A stretch of DNA of 64,000 nt from Eledone cirrhosa. Its lineage: Eukaryota. The notes below the pieces were generated by a model that worked only from the letters and a program-made list of their open reading frames with translations, did no database searches and was not told the origin of the DNA. This document shows positions 1 to 14,992 of the stretch, one piece after another. The stretch spans positions 22,630,001-22,694,000 of the forward strand of contig OZ024760.1 in assembly GCA_964016885.1 (NCBI GenBank), given 5' to 3'. Every line of letters begins with the position of its first letter. The stretch's first letter is position 1. Made by a program: the position numbers and the translations under genes.

Positions 1-234
1 TGGTGGTATGGTGGTATTTGCAATGATGGATGTGGTGGTGGTATTGGTAATGGTGGTGGTGGTAGCAGTGATGGTGTTTGCTAACATTCTATCAGGTTTC
101 ACAGAGTTTCATGTAACCTGATTGGAAATCCAATATCGAAGATCGATAATACTTAATCATTTACGTAGTTTGAAACAATATTGTCGTTATTATTATTACT
201 GTTATTATTATTACTATTATCATTATTACTATTA

Positions 235-271
<37 letters not shown>

Positions 272-1100
272 TATTATTGAAAAATCATCATCATCATTAT
301 TACTATCAACATCATAGTTATATATATATATATTATTGTTGTTGTTATTGTTATTATTATTATAGTTATTGTTGTTGTAGTTGTTGCAATTATATTTGTT
401 GTTGCTATTGTAGTTGTTGTTGGTATTGTAGTTGTTGTTGCTATTGTAGTTGTTGTTGCTGTTATATTTGTTGTTGCTATTGTAGTTGTTGTTGCTATTA
501 TATTTGTTGTTGCTATTGTAGTTGTTGTTGGTATTATATTTGTTGTTGCTATTGTAGTTGTTGTTGCTATTATATTTGTTGTTGCTATTGTAGTTGTTGT
601 TGGTATTATAGTTGTTGTTGTTGTTGTTGCTAATTTAGTTGCTGCTGCTATTATAATTGTTGTTGTTGCTATTTTAGTGGTTGTTGTGGTTGCTGCTATT
701 ATAGTTGTTGTTGTTGCTATTTTAGTGGTTGTTATTGTTGCTGCTGTTGTTGTTGTTGTTATAGTTGTTGTGTTATAGTTGTTGCTGCTGCTATTTTAGT
801 TGCTGTTGCTATTATATTTGTTTTTGTTGGTATTATAGTTGTTGTTATTGTTGCTATTTTAGTTGTTGTTGTTGGTATTATAGTTGTCGTTGTTGTTATT
901 TTAGTTGTTGTTGGTGTTGCTATTTAGTTGTTGTTGCTATTGTAGTTCTTGTTGGTTTATAGTTGTTGTTGTTGCTATATTAGTTGTCTTTGTTGTTGTT
1001 GCTATTTTAGTTGTTGGTATTTAGTTGTTGTTGTTTTTGGTATTGTAGTTGTTGTTGTTGGTATTATATTTGTTGTTGTTGGTATTTCTGTTGTTGTTAT
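1..1100. repeat. (GGT)n/(TTA)n/(GTT)n low-complexity tracts with an 18-bp-type higher-order unit
   Basis: Direct reading, e.g. repeated gttgttgttgctattgta. Confidence 0.9.
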
Positions 1101-1269
1101 TTATCGATATTCTTGTCCATCTGTACAAAACATAATTATTATTTTAGTATAATTATAATTATCGTAATTGATAATATTGTTTTTTTTTTTTTTTTTTTTT
1201 TTTTGGTTATTTTTATTTTATTGTTGTTATACTTTATGGTTTTAATTCTTGCCCTTTTTTCTTTTATTT

Positions 1270-1853
1270 TTATATGTATATATATATAAATGTGTGTATG
1301 TATATATATGTCTAAATGTGTGTATGTATATATGTTTGTGTGTATGTATGAATGTGTCTGTATGTATATATATGTGTCTGTATGTATATATATGTGTCTG
1401 TATGTATATATGTGTGTATGTATATATATGCGTGTGTATGTGTATATATGCGTGTGTGTGTGTGTATATATATGTTTGTGTGTATATATATACGTGTGTG
1501 TATATATGTATATATATGTTTGTGTGTATGTATGTATATATATGAATGTATATATATGTATATGTTTGTGTGTATATATGCGTGTGTGTATGTATATATA
1601 TGTTTGTGTGTGTATATATATATATATGTATATATATGTTTGTGTATATATATGCGTGTGTATGTATATATATTTATATATATGTTTGTGTATATATATG
1701 CGTGTGTGTATGTATATATATTTGTGTTTGTGTGTATATGAGTATGTATGTATATATAACTATATATGTGTTTGTGTGTATATATCCGTGTATGTATGGA
1801 TATATGTGTATATGTATGCATATATACATATATATGGTTATATATATATATAC

Positions 1854-1886
<33 letters not shown>

Positions 1887-1890
1887 AGCA
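1270..1890. repeat. (TG/TA)n compound microsatellite
   Basis: Direct reading. Confidence 0.95.
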
Positions 1891-2469
1891 TATATGTTCA
1901 ATATTTAATTCATATCATACTCTTTTGTTTGTGAATGAATGGTGTTCTTTGTTATGGCTTTCGAAGGGCCCAGTTAATGGCTGCTTCTCAGCAATTATGA
2001 TAGCGACACAGATAGATAGATATATAGATAGATAGTGAGAGAGAGAGGGGGTAGGGATGAGTGAGGGTGGAGTAGAGGGGACGGCAGATGTGAGAGAGTA
2101 TAAAGTAGAGAGAGAGGGATGTGAGAGAGTATAAAGGAGAGAGATTATGATATAGAGGGCTCGAGAGAGAGAGAGATATATAGAGAGAGTATTATTAGTG
2201 TTCCAGAGAGAGTATTAGAGCACAAGAGAGGGTGTGAAAGTGAGAGTGGGGAGATAGATTGTTAAATATAGGGTTAGAGAGAGAGAGATTATGAAATAGA
2301 GGGCTCGTGAGGGAGAGAGGAGAGAGTATTATTAGTTCTCCAGAGAGAGAGAGAGACTGTGTGGGGAGGGACTGTATTTTTAGAGTGTTTGAGAGAGAGA
2401 GGGCTGAGAGAATATAAAATTGGGAACACGATGGAGAGACAGAGGAAAGAGAAACAGAGACATGACCAG

Positions 2470-3120
2470 AGAGAGAGGAGAGTATTAATAGTGCTAGAGA
2501 GATAGACAGAGAGGAGAGAGAGAGAGACAGCAGAGTATTAATAGAGCTAGAGAGACAGAGAGGAGAGAGTATTAATAGTGTTCGAGAGAGAGAGAGGAGA
2601 GAGTATTAATAGTGCTCGAGAGAGGTGAGAGTATTAATAGTGCTCGAGAGAGAGAGAGAGGAGAGAGTATTAATAGTGCTAGAGAGAGAGGAGAGAGTAT
2701 TAATAGTGCTGGAGAGAGAGAGAGAGAGAGGAGAGAGAATTAATAGTGCTAGAGAGAGAGAGAGAGAGAGAGAAGAGAGTATTTATAGTGCTCGAGAGAG
2801 AGAGAGAGGAGAGAGTATTAATAGTGCTCGAGAGAGAGAGGAGAGAGTATTTATAGTGCTCGAGAGAGAGAAGAGAGAGTATTACTAGTGTTCGAGAGAG
2901 AGAGAGGAGAGAGTATTAATAGTGCTCGAGAGAGAGAGGAGAGAGTATTTATAGTGCTCGAGAGAGAGAGAGGAGAGAGTATTAATAGTGCTTGAGAGAG
3001 AGAAGAGAGAGTATTACTAGTGTTCGAGAGAGGGAGAGAGAGAGTATTACTAGTGCTAGAGAGAGAGATTGAGAGAGAGAGAGTATTACTAGTGCTCGAG
3101 AGAGAGAGAGATAGAGAGAT
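2470..3120. repeat. Array of the core AGTATTAATAGTGCTCGAG separated by variable (AG)n
   Basis: More than 15 recurrences of the core, with AG spacers of differing length. Confidence 0.9.
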
Positions 3121-3191
3121 GTAATTCAAATGAAACATAAAATGGAGGATTCTTTGAATGAAAGTATTAGTTTATAGAACTGTTGTGGTAT

Positions 3192-4660
3192 GTATACATA
3201 CGTATATATACTATATATACATACGTATATATACTATATATACATACGTATATATACTATATATACATACGTATATATACTATATATACATACGTATATA
3301 TACTATATATACATACGTATATATACTATATACACATACGTATATATACTATATACACATACGTATATATACTATATACACATACGTATATATACTATAT
3401 ACACATACGTATATATACTATATACACATACGTATATATACTATATACACATACGTATATATTCTATATACACATACGTATATATACTATATATACAATA
3501 TATACATACGTATATATACTATATATACACACGTATATATACTATATATACATACGTATATATACTATATACACATACGTATATATACTATATATACATA
3601 CGTATATATACTATATACACATACGTATATATACTATATACACATACGTATATATACTATATACACATACGTATATATACTATATATACAATATATACAT
3701 ACGTATATATACTATATATACACACGTATATATACTATATATACATACGTATATATACTATATATACATACGTATATATACTATATATACATACGTATAT
3801 ATACTATATATACATACGTATATATACTATATACACATACGTATATATACTATATACACATACGTATATATACTATATATACAATATATACATACGTATA
3901 TATACTATATATACACACGTATATATACTATATATACATACGTATATATACTATATATACATACGTATATATACTATATATACATACGTATATATACTAT
4001 ATACACATACGTATATATACTATATACACATACGTATATATTCTATATACACATACGTATATATACTATATATACAATATATACATACGTATATATACTA
4101 TATATACACACGTATATATACTATATATACATACGTATATATACTATATATACATACGTATATATACTATATACACATACGTATATATACTATATACACA
4201 TACGTATATATACTATATACACATACGTATATATTCTATATACACATACGTATATATTCTATATACACATACGTATATATACTATATATACAATATATAC
4301 ATACGTATATATACTATATATACACACGTATATATACTATATACATACGTATATATACTATATATACATACGTATATATACTATATACACATACGTATAT
4401 ATACTATATACACATACGTATATATTCTATATACACATACGTATATATACTATATATACATACGTATATATTCTATATACACATACGTATATATACTATA
4501 TACACATACGTATATATTCTATATACACATACGTATATATACTATATACACATACGTATATATTCTATATACACATACGTGCATATACTATATACATAGG
4601 TATATATACTATATACATAGGTATATATACTATATACATAGGTATATATACTATATACAA
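3192..4660. repeat. 23-bp minisatellite (CATACGTATATATACTATATAYA) with 193-bp higher-order repeat
   Basis: Period 23. A CAATATATA insert recurs at 3496, 3689, 3882, 4075 and 4291. Confidence 0.9.
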
Positions 4661-4757
4661 TATACACACAGGTATATATGATATATATACGTGCATATAC
4701 AATATACAATATACATATGCGATATATATACTCTATACCGTATACACTATATATAAT

Positions 4758-5368
4758 ATGGTGGTGGCTGCCAACTCGTTTTCGAGTACGGCCACTACTT
4801 TATATACATGTAGGAGAACCCCTACCGATGCGCTGAACGAATGTGACTTTTTATTCCAGCCAGCGACTTGAAAACTCTGGTACAAACACTACACTTGTGA
4901 CAATTATTGACACATAGTGCTGGGCCCATGGTACCCTGTGACGACAAGTGCAGAGATCTCCAGATACAAAGCAATGCCTGTGCCGTGAAGCTTTTATAGT
5001 GAGCAAAGGCACTGCACAAAGCCAGTCCCACTCTCTTAACCAAGATGATATTTACCAAAAAGAAGAACAAGTCAACATCATTGGATACCATCAGGGTTGC
5101 AGGTGTTATATCAGAGTTTTCCTTCTCCTAGAATTCTGCCTTGACAAAGGCTAAGGGGTCATCTCTCCCGGTGATTTTGGATGGCCATTGACTCTTAAGA
5201 GCTCCTTTGCCCTTTGACAGGTTTTGTTTTTAGTCCTGCAGGATGTCCAAAGTCACCCTCCTCACCAAGAAACCTTGGTGGGGTTGCCAGTTTAGTCGCC
5301 AACGACCCGACCATGAGACAGGTTGTACTGGGATACATGTTACCAGTAGCACCAACTGGTGACCTGAC

Positions 5369-5369
<1 letters not shown>
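4758..5369 (-). mobile_element. ~610-bp non-autonomous RTE-derived retroelement, copy 1
   Basis: Near-identical reverse complement of 49954-50564. Encodes a C2H2 finger (CSVCTRVFKSLAGIKSHIRSAH) like RTE ORF C-termini. Has a 3' hairpin and a microsatellite tail. Confidence 0.75.
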
Positions 5370-5430
<61 letters not shown>

Positions 5431-5703
5431 TATATACACTATATATAATATACACATGTATATATATATACTATATACACTATATATAATATACACATGT
5501 ATATATATATATATATATACTATATACACTATATATAATATACACATGAATATATATATATATATAATATATCCACTATATATAATATACGCATATATAT
5601 ATATATATACTATATATAATATACACATACGTATACACGCACACGCACACGCACACGCACACGCACACGCACACATACACACATACACACACACATACAC
5701 ACA

Positions 5704-5737
<34 letters not shown>

Positions 5738-5828
5738 CATATATACATACATATATACATATATACATACATACATACATATATACATACATATATACAT
5801 ACATATATACATATATACATACATATAT

Positions 5829-5865
<37 letters not shown>

Positions 5866-6144
5866 TACACACACACACACACGTACACATACACACACAT
5901 ACACACACATACACGCATACACACACATACACACATACACACACATATATATATATATATAGGTATATATAATTTACATAAATATATATACGTTTCACAG
6001 CTTAGAGCAACTCATTAGAGAAAGTCGTTGATCAGCTGTGAATTGTGAAACAGGATCAAACATGTCTGGCAGCGGTTTAACTCTACAGGCTAAATGTAGC
6101 GAGTCATTGCTTTAATCGGATACAGATTAATCACTTAACTGTAC

Positions 6145-8188
6145 CTACTACTACTGCTGCTGCTACTACTGCTGCTGCTGCTACTGCTGCTACTGCTGCT
6201 ACTACTGCTGCTGCTACTGCTGCTACTGCTGCTACTGCTGCTATTACTGCAGCTACTACTACTGCAGCTACTACTACTGCTACTACTGCTGCTGCTGCTG
6301 CTACTGCTGCTATTACTGCAGCTACTACTACTGCTGCTATTACTGCAGCTACTACTACTACTACTACTGCTACTACTGCTGCTGCTGCTACTGCTGCTAC
6401 TACTGCTGCTGCTGCTACTGCTGCTATTACTGCAGCTACTACTACTGCTGCTATTACTGCAGCTACTACTACTGCTACTACTGCTGCTGCTGCTGCTACT
6501 GCTGCTATTACTGCAGCTACTACTACTGCTGCTATTACTGCAGCTACTACTACTGCTACTACTGCAGCTACTACTGCAGCTGCTACTACTACTACTGCTG
6601 CTACTACTACTACTACTGCTGCTACTACTGTAGCTACTACTACTACTACTGCAGCTACTACTACTGCTGCTGCTGCTGCTGCTACTACTACTACTACTAC
6701 TGCTGCTGGTGTTGATACTACTGCTACTATTGCTGCTGCTGCTGCTGTTGCTGTTGGTGATGGAGTTGATGTTGGTGTTAGTGCTGATGTTGCTGGTAGT
6801 ACTGGTTGTGGTGGTGTTAGTGTTGGTAGTACTGGTTGTGGTGGTGTTAGTGTTGGTAGTGCTGGTTGTGGTGGTGTTAGTGTTGGTAGTGCTGGTTGTG
6901 GTGGTGTTGGTGGTGCTGGTTGTGGTGGTGTTAGTGTTGGTAGTACTGGTTGTGGTGGTGTTAGTGTTGGTAGTGCTGGTTGTGGTGGTGTTGGTGGTGC
7001 TGGTTGTGGTGGTGTTAGTGTTGGTAGTGCTGGTTGTGGTGGTGTTAGTGTTGGTAGTGCTGGTTGTGGTGGTGCTGGTTGTGGTGGTGTTAGTGTTGGT
7101 AGTGCTGGTTGTGGTGGTGTTAGTGTTGGTAGTGCTGGTTGTGGTGGTGTTGGTGGTGCTGGTTGTGGTGGTGTTAGTGTTGGTAGTGCTGGTTGTGGTG
7201 GTGTTGGTGGTGCTGGTTGTGGTGGTGTTAGTGTTGGTAGTGCTGGTTGTGGTGGTGTTAGTGTTGGTAGTGCTGGTTGTGGTGGTGTTGGTGGTGCTGG
7301 TTGTGGTGGTGTTAGTGTTGGTAGTGCTGGTTGTGGTGGTGTTGGTGGTGCTGGTTGTGGTGGTGTTGGTGGTGCTGGTTGTGGTGGTGTTAGTGTTGGT
7401 AGTGCTGGTTGTGGTGGTGATGGTGGTGCTGGTTGTGGTGGTGTTGGTGGTGCTGGTTGTGGTGGTGTTAGTGTTGGTAGTACTGGTTGTGGTGGTGTTA
7501 GTGTTGGTAGTGCTGGTTGTGGTGGTGTTGGTGGTGCTGGTTGTGGTGGTGTTAGTGTTGGTAGTGCTGGTTGTGGTGGTGTTGGTGGTGCTGGTTGTGG
7601 TGGTGTTAGTGTTGGTAGTGCTGGTTGTGGTGGTGTTGGTGGTGCTGGTTGTGATGGTGTTAGTGTTGGTGGTGATGGTGATGGTGTTGGTTGTGGTGGT
7701 GGTGATAGTCTTGATTGTACCGGTAGTTGTGGTGGTAGTGGAGATAATCATGGCTGTGTTGGAGGTAGTGGTAGTGGTGGTCGTAGTAGTGGCGATGGTC
7801 AATGGTTGTAGCTGTGGTGGAGGTATTTAGGTGTTGGTGTTTGTGGTGATGGAAGTGGTATTCGTGTTTGTGATGATGGAACTAGATTTGGTGGTTGTAG
7901 CTGTGGTGGAGGTATTAGCGGTTGTGGTGATGGTTGAGGTGTTGGTGGTGATGGAAGTGATGTTGGTGGTGATGGTAATGGTAGCACTTCTGGTGCTGGT
8001 AGTAGTGGAGATAGTCGTGGTAGTAGTAGTAGTAGTAGTAGTAGTAGTGTGGCGTAAAGTTTGTTGAATAAATGAAACCGTTAAAAATTTGTTTGGTGGT
8101 GATGGAAGTGATGTTGTTGGTGATGGCAGTGATGGTAATGGTAGCACTTCTTGTGGTGGTAGTAGTGGAGATAGTCGTGGTTGTAGCG

Positions 8189-8219
<31 letters not shown>

Positions 8220-8290
8220 GTTGCGGTGGTGGTGTGGCGTAAAGTTTGTTGAATAAATGAAACCGTTAAAAATTTGTGTAGAAACAATAA
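6145..8290. repeat. (CTG/CTA)n, then (GGT)-based 21/27-bp minisatellite, then a local ~185-bp duplication
   Basis: Direct reading. GTGGCGTAAAGTTTGTTGAATAAATGAAACCGTTAAAAATTTGT occurs at ~8049 and ~8234. Confidence 0.9.
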
Positions 8291-8499
8291 AATGGTGCTA
8301 ATTAGCTTAAAGGAATGACTATAAAGAGAGGAGTTTAAAGGAATGAGAGAATATTATGACAGGAACGATTAAATCAACGAGTAATGCACACAGATGCAAT
8401 CAAAACTGCAGTTTGTATGCAGTTGCACGTTCTGCAAATACATAGGCAATGCATATCTTGTGTTTGTCTCACACCACACTAAAGTATCTTGGCAATTAC

Positions 8500-10100
8500 T
8501 TGGTGTTGGTGTTGTTGTTGTGATTGTTGTTGTTGTTTTTGCTGTGATTGTTGTTGTTGTTGTGTGGTTGTTGTTGTTATTGTTGTTGTTGTTGTGGTGG
8601 TTGTGATTGTTGTTTTTGTTGGTATTGATGGTATTGATGTTGTTGTTGTTGTTGTGATTGTTGTTGATGGTATTGATGTTGTTGTTATGCATGTTGTTGT
8701 TGCTGGGACCGTTGTTGTCGTTGTTGTTGTTGTTGTTGATGGTATTGATGTTGTTGTTATGCATGTTGTTGTTGCTGGGACCGTTGTTGTTGTTGTTGTT
8801 GTTGATGGTATTGATGTTGTTGTTATGCATGTTGTTGTTGCTGTTGCGGTTGTTCTTGATGTTGTTGTTGTTGCTGTGATTGTTGTTGATGGTATTGATG
8901 TTGTTATGCATGTTGCTGTTGCTGGGATCGTTGTTGTTGTTGTGGTGGTTGTGTTGTTGCTGTTGTTGTTACTGTTGTTTCTGTTGGTGTTGTTCCTATC
9001 GATGTTGTTGTTGCTGTTGCGGTTGTTCTTGTTGATGTTGTTGTTGTTGTTGCTCTTCTTATCGTTGTTGTTGCTGTTGTTCTTATCGATGTTGTTGTTG
9101 TTGCTATTATTGTTTCTGTTGTTGTTGTTCTTATCGATGTTGTTGTTGTTGGTGTGGTTATAGTTGCTGTTGTTGACGATATATATGTTGTTGTGTTGTT
9201 GTTATCGTTGTTTTTATCGTTATCGATATTGCTGCTGCTGCTGTTGCTGCTGTTGCTGTTGTTGTTGTTGTAGAAGATGGTGGAAGAAGTAGAAACATAA
9301 AATGTATGACAGATAGACTGGGAGAAAATGAGGGACAGAGATATATATGTATATAATGTGTGTGTGTATATATGTATATATAATACAAACACACAACACA
9401 TAAATATATATGTATATATACACACATATATATATAGATATATAAAGAACAAGGCAGTTGTAAAAAAAGGCCTAAAAGAGATATATTGAATTAAAACTGG
9501 TGGTGGTGTTGCTTGTGGAACTGAAGGTGGTGTGTTGGGAGCTGATAGTGGTTGTGATGATGATGGTGGTGGTGGGGCTTATTGTTGCAGTGGGGTGTGG
9601 TGGTGGTGTGTTGGAGCTGATAGTGGTAGTGATGGTGGTGGTAGGGCTTATTGTTGCAGTGGGGTGGTGGTGGTGGTGGTGTTGGAGCTGATAGTGGTAG
9701 TGATGGTGGTGGGGCTTATTGTTGCAGTAGGGTGGTGATGTGTTGGAGCTGAGAGTGGTAGTGATGATGATGATGATGGTGGTAGTGGTGTCGTTGGGGC
9801 TTGCTTTTGCAGTGGTGGTGGTGGTGGTGGTGATGGTGGTGATGTAATAGTGTTGGTGGGGCTTGTTGTTGCAGATGCGGCGGTGGTGGTGGTCGTGAGG
9901 TTTGTTGTTACAGTGGTGATGGTGGTGATGGTGGGGTTCTTTATTGCAGTGGTGGCGGTGGTGGTGTTTGTGGATCTGATGGTGGTGTGGTAGTGGTGTT
10001 GTGTTTGGGGTGAAAGAGTTAGTGGGGGCTTGTTGTTGGAATGACGGTGGTGGTGGCGTTGGTAGGGCTTGTTGTTGCAGTAGTGGTGGTGGTGGTGGTG
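8500..10100. repeat. (GTT)n and (GGT)n low-complexity tracts
   Basis: Direct reading. Confidence 0.9.
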
Positions 10101-10329
10101 GCTAATGAAGGACAGGCTTGAATTCCAGTTACGTATATTTAGCACGCATGCACTTCAGTAACGCACGCATGCGCACAAAATATGCATATGTTTCACGCCA
10201 TGCATCTGTGTATGCATGTTTGCGCATGTGCATGTTTGTTTGTTTGCTTGTGTGTGTATGCATATGTGTGCATGTTTGTGAATATTTATATATACATATA
10301 AATGCAAAAACGCATTTAGTCACGCATAT

Positions 10330-10854
10330 ATATGTATATATATTTACATATATATATATATGTGTGTGTATGTATTTATATATATATATATGTATATATA
10401 TGTATATATGTATATATATGTATATATATATATGTATATGTATATATGTATATGTATATATGTATATGTATATATGTATATATATGTATATGTATATATG
10501 TATGTATATATATGTATGTATGTATATGTATATGTATATATGTATGTATATATATATATGTATGTATATGTATATATATGTATGTATATGTATATATATA
10601 TATGTATGTATATGTATATATATATATATATGTATATGTATATATATATATGTATGTATATATATATATATGTATATGTATATATATATGTATATGTATA
10701 TATATATATGTATGTATATGTATATGTATATATATATATGTATGTATATATATATATGTATGTATATGTATATATATATGTATGTATATATATATGTATG
10801 TATGTATGTATGTATATGTATGTATGTATATGTATGTATGTATATGTATGTATG

Positions 10855-10893
<39 letters not shown>

Positions 10894-11012
10894 GTATGTA
10901 TATATATATATGTATGTATATATATATGTATGTATGTATATATATATGTATGTATGTATATGTATGTATGTATGTATATATATATGTATGTATGTATGTA
11001 TATGTATGTATG

Positions 11013-11043
<31 letters not shown>

Positions 11044-11178
11044 GTATATATATATATATATGTATATATATGTATATATATATATGTATGTATATATATG
11101 TATATATATGTATGTATGTATATATATGTATATATATGTATGTATGTATATATATGTATGTATGTATATGTATGTATG

Positions 11179-11228
<50 letters not shown>

Positions 11229-11283
11229 TTCTGTTATCCACCTGTTTCCGGTGGCCCAATATTAACATATATATATATATATT

Positions 11284-11330
<47 letters not shown>

Positions 11331-11888
11331 ATATGTATATATATATATATACATAGGCGATATGCATGGCAACCTACTCGTGTGCCTAAATGAATATATG
11401 AATATATATGTAAATAAACATGCCGGTGTGTATAAAATATGTATCTATGATTATGTACACGCATTATTATGTATGTATAAATGATTTTAATATACACGCA
11501 GCATGAACATATATTTATGCGTATAATGTGAACCATCATGTAATTGTATGTATGTTTACCTATAAATATATGTATATATATATATATATAAATGAGTGTG
11601 TCTATATATATGTATATATATATATATGTATTTATATATGTATATATATATATATGAATATGTATGTATATGTATGTATATATGTGTATATATGTATATT
11701 TATGTATGTGTATATATATTTTTCTATGTATGGATATATATGTATATATATGTAAGAATATATATGTATGTATATATAGGTATAAATATATATGTATATA
11801 TATATATATATGTTTCTATATATATATAAATGTATGTATATATAGGTATAAATATATATGTATATATAGGTATATATATATATGTATC

Positions 11889-11921
<33 letters not shown>

Positions 11922-11950
11922 ATATAGGTATATATATATATGTATATGTA

Positions 11951-11984
<34 letters not shown>

Positions 11985-12250
11985 GTATTTATGCAACCAT
12001 GGAGTGCATTTAATCATATATTTCCTACTGTGTTTGTAATCGTATATTTAAATATATAATCAAAATGGCGTGTGTACGTGTACATGGATACCAGTTTATA
12101 TGTATATACGTTGCTGTATATATATATATATATGTATATGTGTGTGTGTATATGTATATATATATATATATATATGTATATGTGTGTGTGTATATGTATA
12201 TATATATATATATGTATATATGTGTGTGTATATATATATATATGTATATA

Positions 12251-12285
<35 letters not shown>

Positions 12286-13145
12286 GTATATATGTGTGTG
12301 TATATATATATATGTATATATATATACACGTGCTTATGCATTTATGAAACTGCTTTTGTGTCGTTATATCAATAATGTAGTTCTTAAACATGATTGCATG
12401 CTGTATGTGATGATATCAGTTTTTGGAGAGAAAGGGGTTAGGTGTGTGTCTGTCAGTCTTTGTGTGTATGTGTGTGTGTGTCTTTGTCTGTGTGCCTGTG
12501 TGTCTGTGTGGCTTTATGTGTATATGTTTAGAGACATCGATATAGAAATATATAATATGAACCGACGCTAGTATACGGAATATATATATATATACGCTTC
12601 CAAACGTCTCTGTCTATATATATATGTATGTATGTATATATATAAACATGTATATATGCGTGTATATAAACATGTATATATGCGTATATATATATATATA
12701 TATGTGTGTGTTTCTTTGTGCGTGTATGTATGTATTTATATATATACGTATATATATATACCTACATATATATGTGTATATATGTATATATATATACATG
12801 TGTATATATGTATATATACATGTGTATATATGTGTATATATACATGTGTATATTTGTATATATGTATATATACATGTGTATATATGTGTATATATGTATA
12901 TATACATGTGAATATATGTGTATATATGTATATATACATGTGAATATATGTGTATATATGTATATATACATGTGAATATATGTGTATATATGTATATATA
13001 CATGTGTAGATGTGTATATATATATATATATATGTGTATATATGTATATATATATGTGTTTATATCTATATATACATGTGTATATATATATATGTTTATA
13101 TATATATATATATAGATATATTGATATATATATATATATACATAC
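10330..13145. repeat. (TATG/TA)n microsatellite fields with short unique spacers
   Basis: Direct reading. Confidence 0.95.
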
Positions 13146-13355
13146 ACGCACATTTTTCATATGCGCAGCCACAAAAGAAATTATCAATACACATCTGCAT
13201 AATACTCTATAAGAATTTGCTGACTCTTTAAAATAATGTTACAATTAATATGACACTTTTCCGTATAGTGTTCAACTATCCCAGATTTCTGTCCACATTG
13301 GCCTATGATAGGAGCAAACATATAAATGTTTGGAGCTTACGTTTATTTATTTCAG

Positions 13356-13402
13356 GCAGCTGGAAACTTTGCATCAAATCTAATTTGGCAAGCAACGGAA
13401 AG
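13356..13402 (+). other. Weak candidate internal exon (47 bp)
   Basis: tttatttatttcAG acceptor and AAG|GTAAAT donor. Two frames are open, but the protein is not recognised. Confidence 0.2.
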
Positions 13403-13525
13403 GTAAATTTAATTGCTCTACATTTGTATTTAAAATTACAGAATGAAAGAAGCTTCTGTGGACTAGTTGAAGAAAGTACAACCCTCTTTAATAAGATCAG
13501 AGCTAGAGTGTATTATCTATCTATA

Positions 13526-14010
13526 TGAGTTCAAATCCCGCCGAGGTTGACTTTGCCTTTCATCCTTACGGGGTCGATAAAATAAAGTACCAGTAATGCA
13601 CTGGGTAATTGCTGGCCTTGTGTCTAAAATAGAAACAATAATCTATCTATATAAATGTTTCTACTCTTGGCACAAGGCCACCAATTACCCAGTGCATTAC
13701 TGGTACTTTATTTTATCGACCCCGTAAGGATGAAAGGCAAAGTTAACCTCGGCGGGATTGGAACTCAGAATGGCAAGGGCCGTAACTCTGCGTCGAAGCA
13801 TGGCGTCCGACCCTCTACAGATAATGGCGGTGAATTGGCAGTATTAGTAGAGGGTCGGACATGCTTTCCAACATAGTTACGTCCCCTTACGATCTGAGTT
13901 CAAATCCTGCCGAGGTTAACTTTGCCGTTCATCTTTATGGGGTCGATAAAATAAAGTACCAGTAATGTACTGGGCAATTGCTGGCCTTGTGCCAAAAGTA
14001 GAAACAATTA
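13526..14010. mobile_element. Three tRNA-derived SINE copies: 13526-13640 (+, 5'-truncated), 13656-13822 (-), 13825-14010 (+)
   Basis: A-box TGGCAGTATYRG, B-box GAGTTCAAATCC, central GCCTTTCATCCTTACGGGGTCGATAAAATAAAGTACCAG (resembles the Meta/MESC SINE domain), 3' end GGCCTTGTGCC-AAAGTAGAAAC. Confidence 0.9.
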
Positions 14011-14014
14011 TCTA

Positions 14015-14210
14015 TCTATATAATACTAAAACTCTGTGATTGCTTGCTTGCTGGCTTGTCTGTAATGTAATACAGCCAAAAGGGCGCATAATGGGAATAC
14101 ACTTTGAACGGAAGTTGTCCCTAAAATGGGAATACAAATGGAATAAAACAAGTTTCGCATAAATCGAAGCAAAGGTTCCCGAGATATCGGTTTTTTCCGG
14201 GTACCTTCAT
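14015..14210 (+). mobile_element. Possible Helitron 5' portion
   Basis: A|TCTATATAATACTAAAACTCTG followed by (GCTT)n, resembling animal Helitron 5' ends. Confidence 0.3.
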
Positions 14211-14359
14211 AAACAGAGAATGAGAAAAGGATAGAGAGAAAGAGATAGTGGTTATGAGGGAGTAGATTGAAAGAGAGACAAAGAGAGGAGTAGTAGAGAC
14301 AGAGAAGGAGAATGGAAGAGAGAGAGCTGGTAGCGGTGTTATGTATGTATGTATGTATG

Positions 14360-14398
<39 letters not shown>

Positions 14399-14463
14399 AT
14401 ATGTGTATGTGTGTGTGGGTATGCGTGTGTATATATGTGTGTATGTGTGTTTGTGTGTGTTTG

Positions 14464-14510
<47 letters not shown>

Positions 14511-14992
14511 GTCTATAACCAGTGTATATATATATGGGCCTGCCAGTTTCCTTTCACATTATATACATGTCCGAATATTTTAATTATTTAAAGTGAACAT
14601 GATTTGAAAAAAAATATTTTGAAGGGAACATGACTCAACTGGTCACAGGTGGTCTAGTTATAAATATATTTCTGAACACAATTGCAAGCTACCTAAGGCA
14701 TGGCATACTCTCACAAGACATAGATAGGGTATATCTACTAGTGTTGCTTATGTTTAAGGCAATGCCAAGATGGAGGATGTTATTCCATACATGAGATCTC
14801 ATGTATGGAATAAGATGAGTTTGGTATTGCCTAAAAGATACGTATCGCTAGCAGATAGATTTTCAGAGTAGGCTTTGAAACCCGAGGTAGCATCCAGTTG
14901 TCTTCATAATATATTTTGTTTTTCACCATGTATATTGTTGATTATACAAATCAACATGACTACCCAGCCTTCATTATTTGTATTTTATGAGG

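Noticed and set aside
6135-7802. 555-aa Thr/Ser-rich ORF resembling a mucin
   Set aside because: Pure trinucleotide and minisatellite sequence, open on both strands, with no signal peptide or unique domain.
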